Source: Candidatus Fraserbacteria bacterium (GTDB lineage: Bacteria; Bipolaricaulota; Bipolaricaulia; RBG-16-55-9). Taken from it: DNA of 25,295 nucleotides. Each line of letters starts with the position of its first letter. Position 1 is the first letter of the stretch. Position numbers and translations under genes: made by a program. A model generated the notes under the pieces. It saw nothing but the letters and a program-made list of their open reading frames with translations. It searched no databases and was not told the DNA's origin. Shown here piece by piece: positions 6,099-15,095 of the stretch. The DNA lies in the NCBI GenBank assembly GCA_037443265.1, contig JBBIOR010000026.1, positions 1 through 25,295 of the forward strand. The letters run 5' to 3'.

Positions 6099-9021
6099 CA
6101 AACCGCGGTCGGCAGTCGAAGTGCCTTCGACTGAGATTCGGATTGTAGTAAGGATCCCCCTGCTGGATCATTTCCCTCCATCGTTCTTTGAAAAGTAAGT
6201 CCTCATCTTGTGGATGAAGCGGGAGATTTGCCTTGCGAGTTGCGTGCTCGTAGTGGCGAAATTCGGCATAGGGTGTATAGACAATTAAGTACCCCAATTG
6301 CCGGATGCGTAGACAGAGATCAATATCGTTGAAGACGACAGCCAGCCGCTCGTCGAAGCCACCGACCCTTTCAAAGACCCTCCTGGGCACCATCATACAG
6401 GCGGCTGTCACTGCACTGTAGTTTCTGATCGCAATGAGTGATCCAAGATACCCGAGATCGTTAGCAGGATGGAATTTGTGAATATGTTCGCAAGCATCAA
6501 GTAATCCAATGACGACCCCAGCGTGTTGCACGGTATCATTGGGGAACAACAAGCGAGCTCCAACCGCTCCGACCTCTTCACGTTGGGAGTGCTCCAGCAT
6601 GGCTTCAATAGACCCTTCAGCAAGAACTTCCATGTCGTCATTGAGGAAGAGTAGATGCTCCCCTTGGGTCATACGCGCCGCATAGTTATTGAGCGCGGAG
6701 AAATTGTAAGGTTTATTGTAGTAAAGGACTCGGTGTGAGCGGGTCAGCTCCTGTAAATAGGTTTTGGCAACGTCGGTATCGGGATTGTTTGCTACAACGA
6801 CAATCTCATAATGATCGAAGCTCGTGTTAGCTTCAATGCTCTTGATACACCGGTCGAGTAGCTCCACACGATTTTTCGTCGGTATGATAATGGTCAGTTT
6901 CTCATCCTTTTTTAATCTCCTCCTAACCCGGAAATAATTGAACCCCAGCCCATTCTCGACCGTACCCTCAATGCCTTTCAACTTCATGGCCTTCTCGAGG
7001 GCTCTCTTAGATTGCTCCATAACCATATCTTTCAGATGGTGACTGCCCAAGGATTCGCATCTGCGCCAGAGGTAAAGAACTTTCGAGATATGTCCGATCT
7101 TTCGGGCCTGCGCGGTCGCTCTCAACCATAGATCATAGTCCCAAGCCACGTTAGGGAAAGTCTCGTCACAGCCACCGATCTCTTGCAAGAGAGATCGCCG
7201 TACGGCCACTAGATGTACAAAATATTGGTGACTTAAGAGGAAATCCGGAGAGAAATCTGGCCTGAAGTGGATATAAAACACATAGTCCTCTTCGTTTATC
7301 AGAGCTTCATCGCTGTAGATCAAGTCCCAGTCCGGCCCATGCTCGTTCAGATAGCGTACAAGCTCATAAAGCGCATGGGGCTCCAGTATGTCGTCGCTGT
7401 CTACAATCACGATGAAATCTCCTTGTGCGTGGGCGAAGGCCTGATTGAGCGTCTTAGGGATCCCTTCATTTTTGTCTTTGAACTGAGCTTGAATGCGCTT
7501 ATCTTGCTTGGCATAGGACGTTAACAAGCGCTTAACGTGGGGCTGATCCGAACCGTCATCAATGGCGATTAACTCCCAATCATCGTAAACTTGAGCGCAT
7601 ACAGAATTCAGAGCTTTGGTGAGCCAACGCTCTTCCGTGTTGTACACAGGCATGCAGACACTGATAGTCGGACGATAGGCGAAGCGCTTAGCCTCGCGTT
7701 GCATTTGTTTCAGCGCTCGGTGTGAGGGCCTGTGGATTGACATCCAAAGGCGATATTGCTCTGGGCTGCAGGGGGGAAGAGCGTTCGGATCAACCATACC
7801 GGCCCTTCCCGCATCGGGAGGGGCCTTTTTGTGGAAGTTAGCCCTAATCTTACCGGAGATCCTAGCAAACAAGCTTTTCCAGCCTTCATCCACCAAGATC
7901 TTGACAGAGTTAATGGCATATGTGTACAACAGCCTTCGTCGTGTCTTCATTGGTAGCAATTTATCGATCATTTTTCGATACGGGAGTAAGATCCGCAGCA
8001 GCAGACTCTCGCGATAATTCCTCAGCTCTTCCTGCAATGAAAAGACATGCTCCCTGAGCTGATCTCGCGCTCTCTCCAGCTCTTGCACCACCTGCTCTAG
8101 CTCCATCAGCTGCTTTTTCACCTCTGCCAGCCGGTTTCGCAACTCGTTCGTTTCTTTTTGAGCTTCTAGAGCATAGGAGCTGAGACTATCGACAGCTTGT
8201 TGGAGTGCTTGATCCACATCACTCTGTTTGCCGAATTGTTCACGCTGGTGACTCACATATACACGAAGAGCCATGTAAAGTGCTTTGACTGGAAAGGCAA
8301 GCTTGGCTTCCTCCACTACCTGTACCATAGAAGTATGGGAATGCTGTAGCTCCTCATCAATGAACTCCTCAATGGCCTTTTGCACCCCAGCTCGCTCTGT
8401 CAGTTCTGGCTTCCCTAAGAATTGTACCAGCCGCTTTACCTGCCGCTGCCAATTGTCCATAACGTCTTCGTAGAAGATGAAGAACCGCGGCTGGCGGCTG
8501 GTATGTTCTAGCATTGATTTCACGTAGTTTAGCCAGAGGCCGATACCCTTCTCAAAGGAGAAGTCGTCGCGGCGCTCAAGCGAGCGCGCGACATCCACGG
8601 GATTTCTTAGGCAAATGACATATTGCAGGGATGGCAAGAGCTTCTGCCAGAAGGGGAGAGTCAAACACGTGCGCGGGTCCTTCCAGCCCCAAAGCTCAGC
8701 CGTCCCAAAGTCTTCTTGCAAAATCGCCCGCGCGCGCTGCCGCAAATCCGCCAATTGCGGAGAGCTCTCCCATCCCGACGGGAAGATCGGAGGCTCATGC
8801 CAGCTACCTCCAAGTCTTGCTAGGATCTCATCATTGAGTGCAGTAAGTAAATCATGCTCCCAAAATCCTTTGGGATTATCTTCAGCTGGTCTCATTATGT
8901 GTTCCTCTGGCCCCAAGTACACCCCCAGAAGATTCAAGAGTCCCGCGATGAGAGAGGTACCGCTACGATGCATCCCTAGGATGCAGATGATTTGCGATGC
9001 GATTTTTGTGTAATCGCTCAT
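6082..9021 (-). CDS. Multidomain sulfotransferase-family domain + coiled coil + GT2 + GT2 (979 aa)
   Basis: N-terminal ILGMHRSGTS, WGWKDPRT and LRNPVDVARSL (PAPS-binding-type motifs). Heptad-rich segment. GT2 ISVCMPVYN..IDDGS..DSDD..YSDE. Second GT2 IIIPTKN..FLNDD..AVTAAC..FNDID. GAGGAG RBS. Confidence 0.9.
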   Translation of the reverse strand: MSDYTKIASQIICILGMHRSGTSLIAGLLNLLGVYLGPEEHIMRPAEDNPKGFWEHDLLTALNDEILARLGGSWHEPPIFPSGWESSPQLADLRQRARAILQEDFGTAELWGWKDPRTCLTLPFWQKLLPSLQYVICLRNPVDVARSLERRDDFSFEKGIGLWLNYVKSMLEHTSRQPRFFIFYEDVMDNWQRQVKRLVQFLGKPELTERAGVQKAIEEFIDEELQHSHTSMVQVVEEAKLAFPVKALYMALRVYVSHQREQFGKQSDVDQALQQAVDSLSSYALEAQKETNELRNRLAEVKKQLMELEQVVQELERARDQLREHVFSLQEELRNYRESLLLRILLPYRKMIDKLLPMKTRRRLLYTYAINSVKILVDEGWKSLFARISGKIRANFHKKAPPDAGRAGMVDPNALPPCSPEQYRLWMSIHRPSHRALKQMQREAKRFAYRPTISVCMPVYNTEERWLTKALNSVCAQVYDDWELIAIDDGSDQPHVKRLLTSYAKQDKRIQAQFKDKNEGIPKTLNQAFAHAQGDFIVIVDSDDILEPHALYELVRYLNEHGPDWDLIYSDEALINEEDYVFYIHFRPDFSPDFLLSHQYFVHLVAVRRSLLQEIGGCDETFPNVAWDYDLWLRATAQARKIGHISKVLYLWRRCESLGSHHLKDMVMEQSKRALEKAMKLKGIEGTVENGLGFNYFRVRRRLKKDEKLTIIIPTKNRVELLDRCIKSIEANTSFDHYEIVVVANNPDTDVAKTYLQELTRSHRVLYYNKPYNFSALNNYAARMTQGEHLLFLNDDMEVLAEGSIEAMLEHSQREEVGAVGARLLFPNDTVQHAGVVIGLLDACEHIHKFHPANDLGYLGSLIAIRNYSAVTAACMMVPRRVFERVGGFDERLAVVFNDIDLCLRIRQLGYLIVYTPYAEFRHYEHATRKANLPLHPQDEDLLFKERWREMIQQGDPYYNPNLSRRHFDCRPRFDDVHK

Positions 9022-9179
9022 TTTGAAAACTCCTCAGCCTCACTTCTTCTCTTTTTGAGCAGCGTCAATTGCAGCTCTTTCTTCACGCGATCACGCTGGC
9101 CCCATTTCCCAAGTGGTATTCTAAAGGTAGCTCCGCGTGTGGTGGATTGAAGAGAAGACAGCCTTCATGAGCCCGTCAT

Positions 9180-9244
9180 ATGACTCTTCTTGTGAAGGCA
9201 TTCTTTGAGTGCCTCCGGCCAAGGCCGCAAATACTCCAGTCCCA
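9180..9244 (-). pseudogene. rmlD: Remnant of rmlD 3' end
   Basis: Reads GLEYLRPWPEALKECLHKKSH versus intact RmlD GMDDLRPWPEALDAYLIEKGH; 42/65 nt identical to 11281-11345 by manual count, no gaps. Confidence 0.75.
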
Positions 9245-9424
9245 CTAGGCCATGCATACCTCATCCACCCCGACTGCAAAGCCGGCCAGCAGTCCTGAAG
9301 AGGCCGTCTCCCCCGCCCCCCACTTGCCCCGCAGGAGATAGGCCCCCTGCTCGAGCGTGTAGACCTCGATGGCCCGCGTCATCTCAAGCTTCTCAAAGGC
9401 ACGGAGCACCTCACCAATCTTCAT
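9245..9424 (-). pseudogene. Chimeric remnant: short HicA-like start fused to a Uma2 C-terminal fragment
   Basis: ATG overlaps the HicB-like stop (ATGA). After MKIGEVLRAFEKLEM, 9254-9377 matches 10686-10809 (107/124 nt, 55-nt perfect core). The HicA origin of the first ~15 aa is inferred from position and sequence style. Confidence 0.75.
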
Positions 9425-9741
9425 GACTTTTGAGTGCTTTGAACCGCCTGGGAGAGATATCGCCAAATCGCCAGCGCCTCCGCAGCCAGATGATCCTGGT
9501 TCTCTCGCAATTCAAGGTAGAGGTCAGATATAGTCCGTCGCAGATCACTCAAGGCGGCAAGGTCGGTCTCCCCATAGCCGAAAATATCAAGATCATAAGC
9601 GTAGGCCACCACTTGAGCCGCATCCGGCTCGTACTCCAGGGAGACGGCAATAGGGGCGACCAACGACAGATCCGGATGATGAAGACTATAGAGAAGCACC
9701 GGCTTGCTGGCCATGGCCACACTCTCTCTTTTGCTCATCAT
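9421..9741 (-). CDS. HicB-like antitoxin (RNase H-fold)
   Basis: VVAYAYDLDIFGYGETDLAALSDLRRTISDLY resembles the HicB 'A..P.L...G.G.T..EA..' core; GAAGGTG RBS before ATG 9741/9738. Confidence 0.65.
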   Translation of the reverse strand: MMSKRESVAMASKPVLLYSLHHPDLSLVAPIAVSLEYEPDAAQVVAYAYDLDIFGYGETDLAALSDLRRTISDLYLELRENQDHLAAEALAIWRYLSQAVQSTQKS

Positions 9742-9797
9742 CACACCTTCGACCCTTGTCCTCTTCCGGTCGTAACCAATCCCTGCTGAGCCTCCCG

Positions 9798-9866
9798 TGC
9801 AAACTGGTACCACGCGCACGGCCCGCCGTTGGGGATAGGATACAAGCCGCAGGCCTACGTCTGCAA
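9798..9866 (-). pseudogene. rmlD: Internal rmlD remnant
   Basis: Reads LQT*ACGLYPIPNGGPCAWYQFA versus intact LQTEAYGLYHISNGGQCSWYEFA; 54/69 nt identical to 11467-11535, no gaps, one in-frame stop. Confidence 0.85.
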
Positions 9867-9876
9867 GGGCTTCTCC

Positions 9877-10275
9877 TCATTCCCCTGTAAGAGCCTCATC
9901 GACCCACCCCACGACTTCCTCAGCGATCGCCACCGCCTCTTCATACTCTTCCTGAGTAACCGGTTCTGCCGGGCCAGGATAGCGAGTTTCAACGGCGTAG
10001 TCTGACAAGATAGCAGCCCGCTTCACCTTCTCCGGGATGTGCTGGCCGGCCTGTTCTACCAGCGTGAGCAACTCTGCTAGATCATGAGTATAAGGGAAGC
10101 GTACCTCCAAATGGATTAATAAAGCTTTAATAGCCTTCTCAGCTGCCTGCTGGGCATCGAAGCAGAGGTCTTCTAAGTACACCTTAGGGATCTGGCTCTT
10201 CGCCCGAATGAGATTGCTGCGGGCCCGATTCAACCACTCCCGTGGATCATCAGGAGGCCAGCGGTCTGCGCTCAT
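9877..10275 (-). CDS. HEPN domain protein
   Basis: WLNRARSNL, CFDAQQAAEKAIKA, THDL and ETRYP motifs; overlaps the upstream MNT gene. Confidence 0.9.
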   Translation of the reverse strand: MSADRWPPDDPREWLNRARSNLIRAKSQIPKVYLEDLCFDAQQAAEKAIKALLIHLEVRFPYTHDLAELLTLVEQAGQHIPEKVKRAAILSDYAVETRYPGPAEPVTQEEYEEAVAIAEEVVGWVDEALTGE

Positions 10276-10588
10276 AGACGACCTCCCCCTCTTGCAGAGC
10301 CGGTTCGATGATCAGCCCAATCGCATGACGATATCGTTCCAGATCCTCAGGGGTCACTACGATCACATCCACAGCTTGTCCCACCCCGAAAAGATTCTGG
10401 TAGATGGCTTGGGCCAGCCGTCGCCGATGGACCCCGGATTTGACGACCAGCAGATCCACATCGCTGTGTGGACCCATCTCCCCACGGACGGCGGAGCCGA
10501 AGAGGATGATCCGCTCCGGCTGCGCCACCTCCACGATTCTCCGGATGATCTCTGTTAACACTTTGGCGTTCGGTCCTGCTCGTTCCAT
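10250..10588 (-). CDS. Minimal nucleotidyltransferase (MNT), partner of the HEPN protein
   Basis: ILFGSAVRGEMGPHSDVDLLVV (GS-x10-DxD) and VDVIV motifs. Confidence 0.92.
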   Translation of the reverse strand: MERAGPNAKVLTEIIRRIVEVAQPERIILFGSAVRGEMGPHSDVDLLVVKSGVHRRRLAQAIYQNLFGVGQAVDVIVVTPEDLERYRHAIGLIIEPALQEGEVVYERRPLAS

Positions 10589-10676
10589 CTGCTTTCCCGT
10601 ACCTTAACCCTAAGGTGTCCCTTTTTATATCACTTCGGCAAGAATCTCCGGCCCTTTCTCCGGCTTTGGGCACCTT

Positions 10677-11282
10677 CTATACCGGGCATACCTCCTCCAC
10701 CCCGACTGCAAAGCCCCTAAGCAGCTTAGAAGAGGCCGTCTCCCCCGCCCCCCACTTGCCCCGCAGGAGATAGGCCCCCTGCTGCAGCAGGTATACTTCA
10801 ATGGTCCGCTCCTTGAGATCGACCAGCCAATACTCGGCCACCCCGGCCTTGGCATACTCATGGAACTTCTCCATCCGCTCCGTCTTGAGCGTCGAGGGCG
10901 AGGTGACTTCGACGATGAGATCCGGAACACCGCAAACACGTTCCCCAATTCGACCTTCATGCCCTTTAGAGATGAAGAAGATGTCCGGCTCTCGGATCTT
11001 CCCCGGCCACAGCCGCACCGGCAGCGGGGCAAACCTCACCACACCCAACCGCCGCTCTTCCACAAATGCCTGTAATTTCAAAAACAGGTTCTGTAGCGCC
11101 GTCTGATGGCTGTAAGTCGGGTGCGGGGGCATGATCAACCTCCCCTCGGAGAGCTCGAGATAGCGGTTGGCCTCAGGCAGAGAGCAGTAATCCTCCTCGG
11201 TCCATTGCCCCTGGGGAGGATAGAGCTCAGCCACCGGTGCCCAATCTGCTTTAACCTTGGCGGACGTGCGCTTCATCCCCAT
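10677..11282 (-). CDS. Uma2 (DUF820) family endonuclease
   Basis: ELSEG, HQ, EPDI, PDLIVEVTSPS, K..EY..AGVAEYWLVD motifs. Start is 11282 or 11276. Confidence 0.92.
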   Translation of the reverse strand: MGMKRTSAKVKADWAPVAELYPPQGQWTEEDYCSLPEANRYLELSEGRLIMPPHPTYSHQTALQNLFLKLQAFVEERRLGVVRFAPLPVRLWPGKIREPDIFFISKGHEGRIGERVCGVPDLIVEVTSPSTLKTERMEKFHEYAKAGVAEYWLVDLKERTIEVYLLQQGAYLLRGKWGAGETASSKLLRGFAVGVEEVCPV

Positions 11283-12132
11283 GCCCCTTTTCTATGAGAT
11301 AAGCATCCAACGCCTCCGGCCACGGGCGCAGATCATCCATTCCCAGCCGCTTTAGCTGCTCATGCGCTAACACCGAATACGCCGGACGCCGGGCCTTGGC
11401 CCCAAACTCTACACTCGTGGTCGGCCCGAAGTCCGGCTCCAAGCCCAATAGCTCAAAGATCTTACTCGCAAACTCATACCACGAGCACTGCCCGCCGTTC
11501 GAAATATGATAAAGGCCATACGCCTCCGTCTGCAACAACTCTCTCATCTTCTGGGCGAGATCTTTCGTGTATGTGGGCGTGAGTACCTGATCATTTACAA
11601 CGCGAATGGGCTTGCCCTCCTTGGCCATGCGAATCATGGTCTCCACGAAGTTGCCGCCCTTGCCGCTGGAGCCGGCTACCCCATAGAGCCCTGAGGTGCG
11701 AATCACAAAGTGCTTGGGGCATATATTGCGCACGAAGTACTCTCCCGCGAGCTTGGAGACCCCGTAGACATTGAGCGGATTAGGGGCATCGTCTTCGGTG
11801 TAAGGTGCGCGCTTTTCGCCTCCGAAGACATAGTCTGTACTCATGTGTACTAGAACAGCGTCGAGCTCCGCACAGCTTTGGGCCAGCTTGCGCACGGCGT
11901 ACGTATTGACCCAGAAGGCCTTGCTCGGCTCATCTTCGCACTCATCCACCCGGTGGAAGGCCGCAGTGTTGATGACGATGTCCGGCCTAGTGTCACCCAG
12001 GACTCTTCGGGTATAGACGAAGTCGCAGATGTCGAGATCGGCGTGCGTCAACGGGATCAGATCCCACTCGGAGAGCGCTTTGACTAGATCGCTGCCCAGC
12101 TGGCCCTGGGCCCCAATGATGACAACCCTCAC
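11251..12132 (-). CDS. rmlD: dTDP-4-dehydrorhamnose reductase
   Basis: GAQGQLG, STDYVF, YGVSKLAGE, VNDQ..PT and RPAYSVL motifs; GTG start. Confidence 0.95.
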   Translation of the reverse strand: MRVVIIGAQGQLGSDLVKALSEWDLIPLTHADLDICDFVYTRRVLGDTRPDIVINTAAFHRVDECEDEPSKAFWVNTYAVRKLAQSCAELDAVLVHMSTDYVFGGEKRAPYTEDDAPNPLNVYGVSKLAGEYFVRNICPKHFVIRTSGLYGVAGSSGKGGNFVETMIRMAKEGKPIRVVNDQVLTPTYTKDLAQKMRELLQTEAYGLYHISNGGQCSWYEFASKIFELLGLEPDFGPTTSVEFGAKARRPAYSVLAHEQLKRLGMDDLRPWPEALDAYLIEKGHGDEAHVRQG

Positions 12133-12138
12133 GGAGGA

Positions 12139-13269
12139 TCAGCGGTCTCTTCGGGTTGGCTCTTGGGCCTGACCCAGCCAGTCAACTCTCTCCCGTTCAG
12201 ATTTGACTGGGGCCGAAGCCTCAAAGACTGTGCCGGTGATCTTGATGATCCTGTCAGCTTCCTCTAAGAGCTTCATCCAGCGGATGTTGTAGTAGCGGGG
12301 GTTGTCAAAATCGGTGTAGCCGTAGCGATGGATCTTCTCCACCATGTCGACGACCGACTCCTCCACAGAAATATTGGGTTTAAAGTCGAGCTCGCGCTCC
12401 ATCTTCTTCCCCGAAACGCGATAGTTTCGCACGCCTTTATAGCGATAGTCTACCCGGATTTCGGCCTCGACCCCCGCCTCCCTCAGCCCCTCACGGACGC
12501 GCAGGGCCAGCTCAGAGATGCGGAAGTTGCGATGGACTGCGTTGAAGATCTGGCCGCACACCTTCTCTTTAGGAGCCTGAAGACAAGCGATATAGGCCTT
12601 GGCAGCATCCCGGATATCTATCAAGGGGCGCCACATCTCCCCTCCGTAAAATACGGTCATGAAGCCCTTAGAGAGCGCGTCCTTCACAAAGGTGTTTACG
12701 ACAAGGTCATACCTCATGCGCGGAGAGAAGCCGTAGATCGTCCCCTTGCGCAGGATGACAGGGCAGAAGTCTTCATCGGCCATCGAGAGCAGAATCTGCT
12801 CGGCCTCATACTTGGAGCGCGAGTAGGCGGCCTTGGGGTCCACCTCAGTGCCCTCGTCAAGCAAGACGTCTTTCTCCTCGTTCCCCTCGCCCACATCGTA
12901 GATGGAGCAGGAGGAGGCAAATAAATATCTCTGGACGCCCACCTCCTTGCAAAGCCGGGCCAGTTGCTCTGTGGCCACCGTGTTCATCTCGTAGTTGGCT
13001 TGCGGGTTGTACTCCGCCGTGGGGTCATTGGAGAGCCCTCCGAGATTGATCACAGCGCTCACGTCTTCCAAGATCTCGGCCGTCACCCGGCGCATGTCCC
13101 CCACTTCCAGCTCGATGCGATCCCTAAAATCTTTGAGGCCTTGATCTCCGTAATAGAGGCGATCGAAGACCTTGACGGCGTAGCCCCGCTCGAGCAGCTC
13201 GGGCACAAGAATGCAACCGAGATAGCCTGCTCCACCCACCACGAGCACTTTCTTTGTGGCCTGATCCAA
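12139..13269 (-). CDS. NAD-dependent NDP-sugar epimerase/dehydratase (extended SDR)
   Basis: GGAGYLG, LSNDP, ASSCSIY, YSRSK and RYDLVVN motifs; TTG start with AGGAGG RBS. Confidence 0.9.
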   Translation of the reverse strand: MDQATKKVLVVGGAGYLGCILVPELLERGYAVKVFDRLYYGDQGLKDFRDRIELEVGDMRRVTAEILEDVSAVINLGGLSNDPTAEYNPQANYEMNTVATEQLARLCKEVGVQRYLFASSCSIYDVGEGNEEKDVLLDEGTEVDPKAAYSRSKYEAEQILLSMADEDFCPVILRKGTIYGFSPRMRYDLVVNTFVKDALSKGFMTVFYGGEMWRPLIDIRDAAKAYIACLQAPKEKVCGQIFNAVHRNFRISELALRVREGLREAGVEAEIRVDYRYKGVRNYRVSGKKMERELDFKPNISVEESVVDMVEKIHRYGYTDFDNPRYYNIRWMKLLEEADRIIKITGTVFEASAPVKSERERVDWLGQAQEPTRRDR

Positions 13270-13283
13270 GGCCTCCTCCTCCT

Positions 13284-13796
13284 TTAGCGGCCCTTTACAG
13301 TCCAGACGTCGCCAAACGAGTCGGGAGGGATTCTAACCTCGTCGGGCTTCTCCGGGTTATAGACCTCGCTGGCCGTGCTGATCATCTGCGTGTCGTCTTC
13401 TAAAGACATCCAGCCGTGGTAGATCCCTGGGGGGACGACCAGCAAGCTCGGGGTGCGGTCGGTGAGCACAAAGGTGTTCATCTCCCGGTACGTCGGGCTC
13501 TCCTCGCGGTCATCGACGAGGACGAACTTGGCGGACCCATGACTGATAAAAAAGTAATCCCACAGCACTTCATGCTTGTGAAAGGCACGGATAGTGCCAC
13601 GGGCCGGGTTGCCTACAAGATAGACTTGTCCGAAGTGCCCGATGACGGCATGAGGGCCGGGAGCGCCCTCGCGGCGGGCGATCTCAATGAGATAGCCTCG
13701 GTCATCCACATGGGTCGTCAGCGGGATAAGCTCGACATCTTGAATGGTGGAGCGATTGAACGGCGCCATTTTCACCTCTGGTTGCTTTGCCCGCAT
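13284..13796 (-). CDS. RmlC-like cupin (dTDP-4-dehydrorhamnose 3,5-epimerase family)
   Basis: DDRGYL, IRAFHKH, VLVDDREESPTY, VPPGIYHG motifs; ATG 13796 with GGGAGG RBS. Confidence 0.88.
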   Translation of the reverse strand: MRAKQPEVKMAPFNRSTIQDVELIPLTTHVDDRGYLIEIARREGAPGPHAVIGHFGQVYLVGNPARGTIRAFHKHEVLWDYFFISHGSAKFVLVDDREESPTYREMNTFVLTDRTPSLLVVPPGIYHGWMSLEDDTQMISTASEVYNPEKPDEVRIPPDSFGDVWTVKGR

Positions 13797-13820
13797 GTTG
13801 AAGCCTCCCCTTAGGCTCCA

Positions 13821-13850
13821 GTTATACTTCAGCTCTGATCCCCCCGTCAA
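13821..13850 (-). promoter_or_regulatory. Internal sigma70-type promoter for the rmlC-like/epimerase/rmlD genes
   Basis: Minus-strand TTGACG (13850-13845), 18-nt spacer, TATAAC (13826-13821), in the intergenic gap. Confidence 0.6.
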
Positions 13851-13901
13851 ACCGGGAGAGTGTTCTTTAAGGAGGGCTGGCCACTTCGCTGATCTTCTGG
13901 G

Positions 13902-15095
13902 CTACACCATGGCCGCAATATGCTCGGCCAAGGGCAAGGCGCAGGTGAAGCCCGGTGAGACGACGTTAAGTATATGAATGGCGCGTCCTTTCCGCTCGAC
14001 GATCAGATCCTCGATGAGTTGCCCCTTGCGATTGATGAGCTGGGCTCGATTGCCCGGCGGCGGACCCGCTGTGAGATCCCCCTTCTCCAAGCCCTCCACC
14101 AGCGTTGCGACTTCACGTAAGAACGCTTCTTTGCTCCAGGACGTCAGGAAGTAGCGCCAAGCCATCTTCAAAAACCTCGGACGCAAGAGCCGCCAGGTGC
14201 CCGCATTGAGCACCATGGCCAACGCCTCACCCAGATGAATGTGCATGCCTCGATAAGACTCACGGCCCAAAGCCAAGACTGCGTTGGGCCCGACCTTCAA
14301 TCGGCCCTCCGGCGTCGGTGTGAGATGAATTCCCAAAAAGGGATAGTTCAGATTAGGAGCCGGATAGACCATCGCCTTCACCAGACGGGATTTCCTGACG
14401 TAGTAGTACTCGCCTCGAAACGGTAGGATAGTATATTCTGTCCCCACGCCGAGCATGTGCGCGATCCGATCGGCGTACAGCCCCGCCGCGTTGATAAGAT
14501 TTTGAGTCTGAAACTCCCCCCGGTCCGTCCGGACCCGATAGAGGCCGGATCCCTCCTCAATGGAGCGCACCCTCTGCCCAAATCGAAAGCAGACACCTCG
14601 GGCACAAGCCTCCTCGGCCAAGGCCTCGACAAAGCGACGGCTGTCTATGACACTGCCGCTCGGAGCAAAGAGACCTGCCCATCCTCTGACACGAGGCTCT
14701 CGACTTCGCAGCTCCTGCCTGTCCAGCATCTCAAGGCCCGGAACCCCATTGGCCTCTCCCCGCCGGTAGAGCTCCTCCAAGATCGCGATCTCGCCCTGCG
14801 TACGAGCCACAACCAGCGTGCCCGCGTTGCGCAAGGGGACGCCCCTTTGGGCACAGAATTCGTGGATCAAGCGGTTTCCCTCTACGCAGAAGCGGGCTTT
14901 TAGGCTCCCCGGCTTGGGATTGAAACCGGCATGGACCACCCCGCTGTTCCGACCGCTGGTATGACGAGCAACCCCCTCTTCCTTTTCCAGGACGGCCATC
15001 TTGATGTGAGGCCTTCGTCGGGCGAGCGCCCGGGCGATAGATGTGCCGGTCACCCCGGCACCTATGATGACGACGTCATAAATTTCTGCCTTCAC
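13902..15095 (-). CDS. lhgO: L-2-hydroxyglutarate oxidase-like FAD oxidoreductase (LhgO family)
   Basis: [46 protein letters not shown] and SPGFT motifs; GTG start overlaps the wzt stop (GTGA). Substrate in this context is uncertain. Confidence 0.85.
   Translation of the reverse strand: MKAEIYDVVIIGAGVTGTSIARALARRRPHIKMAVLEKEEGVARHTSGRNSGVVHAGFNPKPGSLKARFCVEGNRLIHEFCAQRGVPLRNAGTLVVARTQGEIAILEELYRRGEANGVPGLEMLDRQELRSREPRVRGWAGLFAPSGSVIDSRRFVEALAEEACARGVCFRFGQRVRSIEEGSGLYRVRTDRGEFQTQNLINAAGLYADRIAHMLGVGTEYTILPFRGEYYYVRKSRLVKAMVYPAPNLNYPFLGIHLTPTPEGRLKVGPNAVLALGRESYRGMHIHLGEALAMVLNAGTWRLLRPRFLKMAWRYFLTSWSKEAFLREVATLVEGLEKGDLTAGPPPGNRAQLINRKGQLIEDLIVERKGRAIHILNVVSPGFTCALPLAEHIAAMV

Noticed and set aside
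9180..11282. IS element or integron
   Set aside because: No transposase or integrase, terminal inverted repeats or attC-like palindromes were found.
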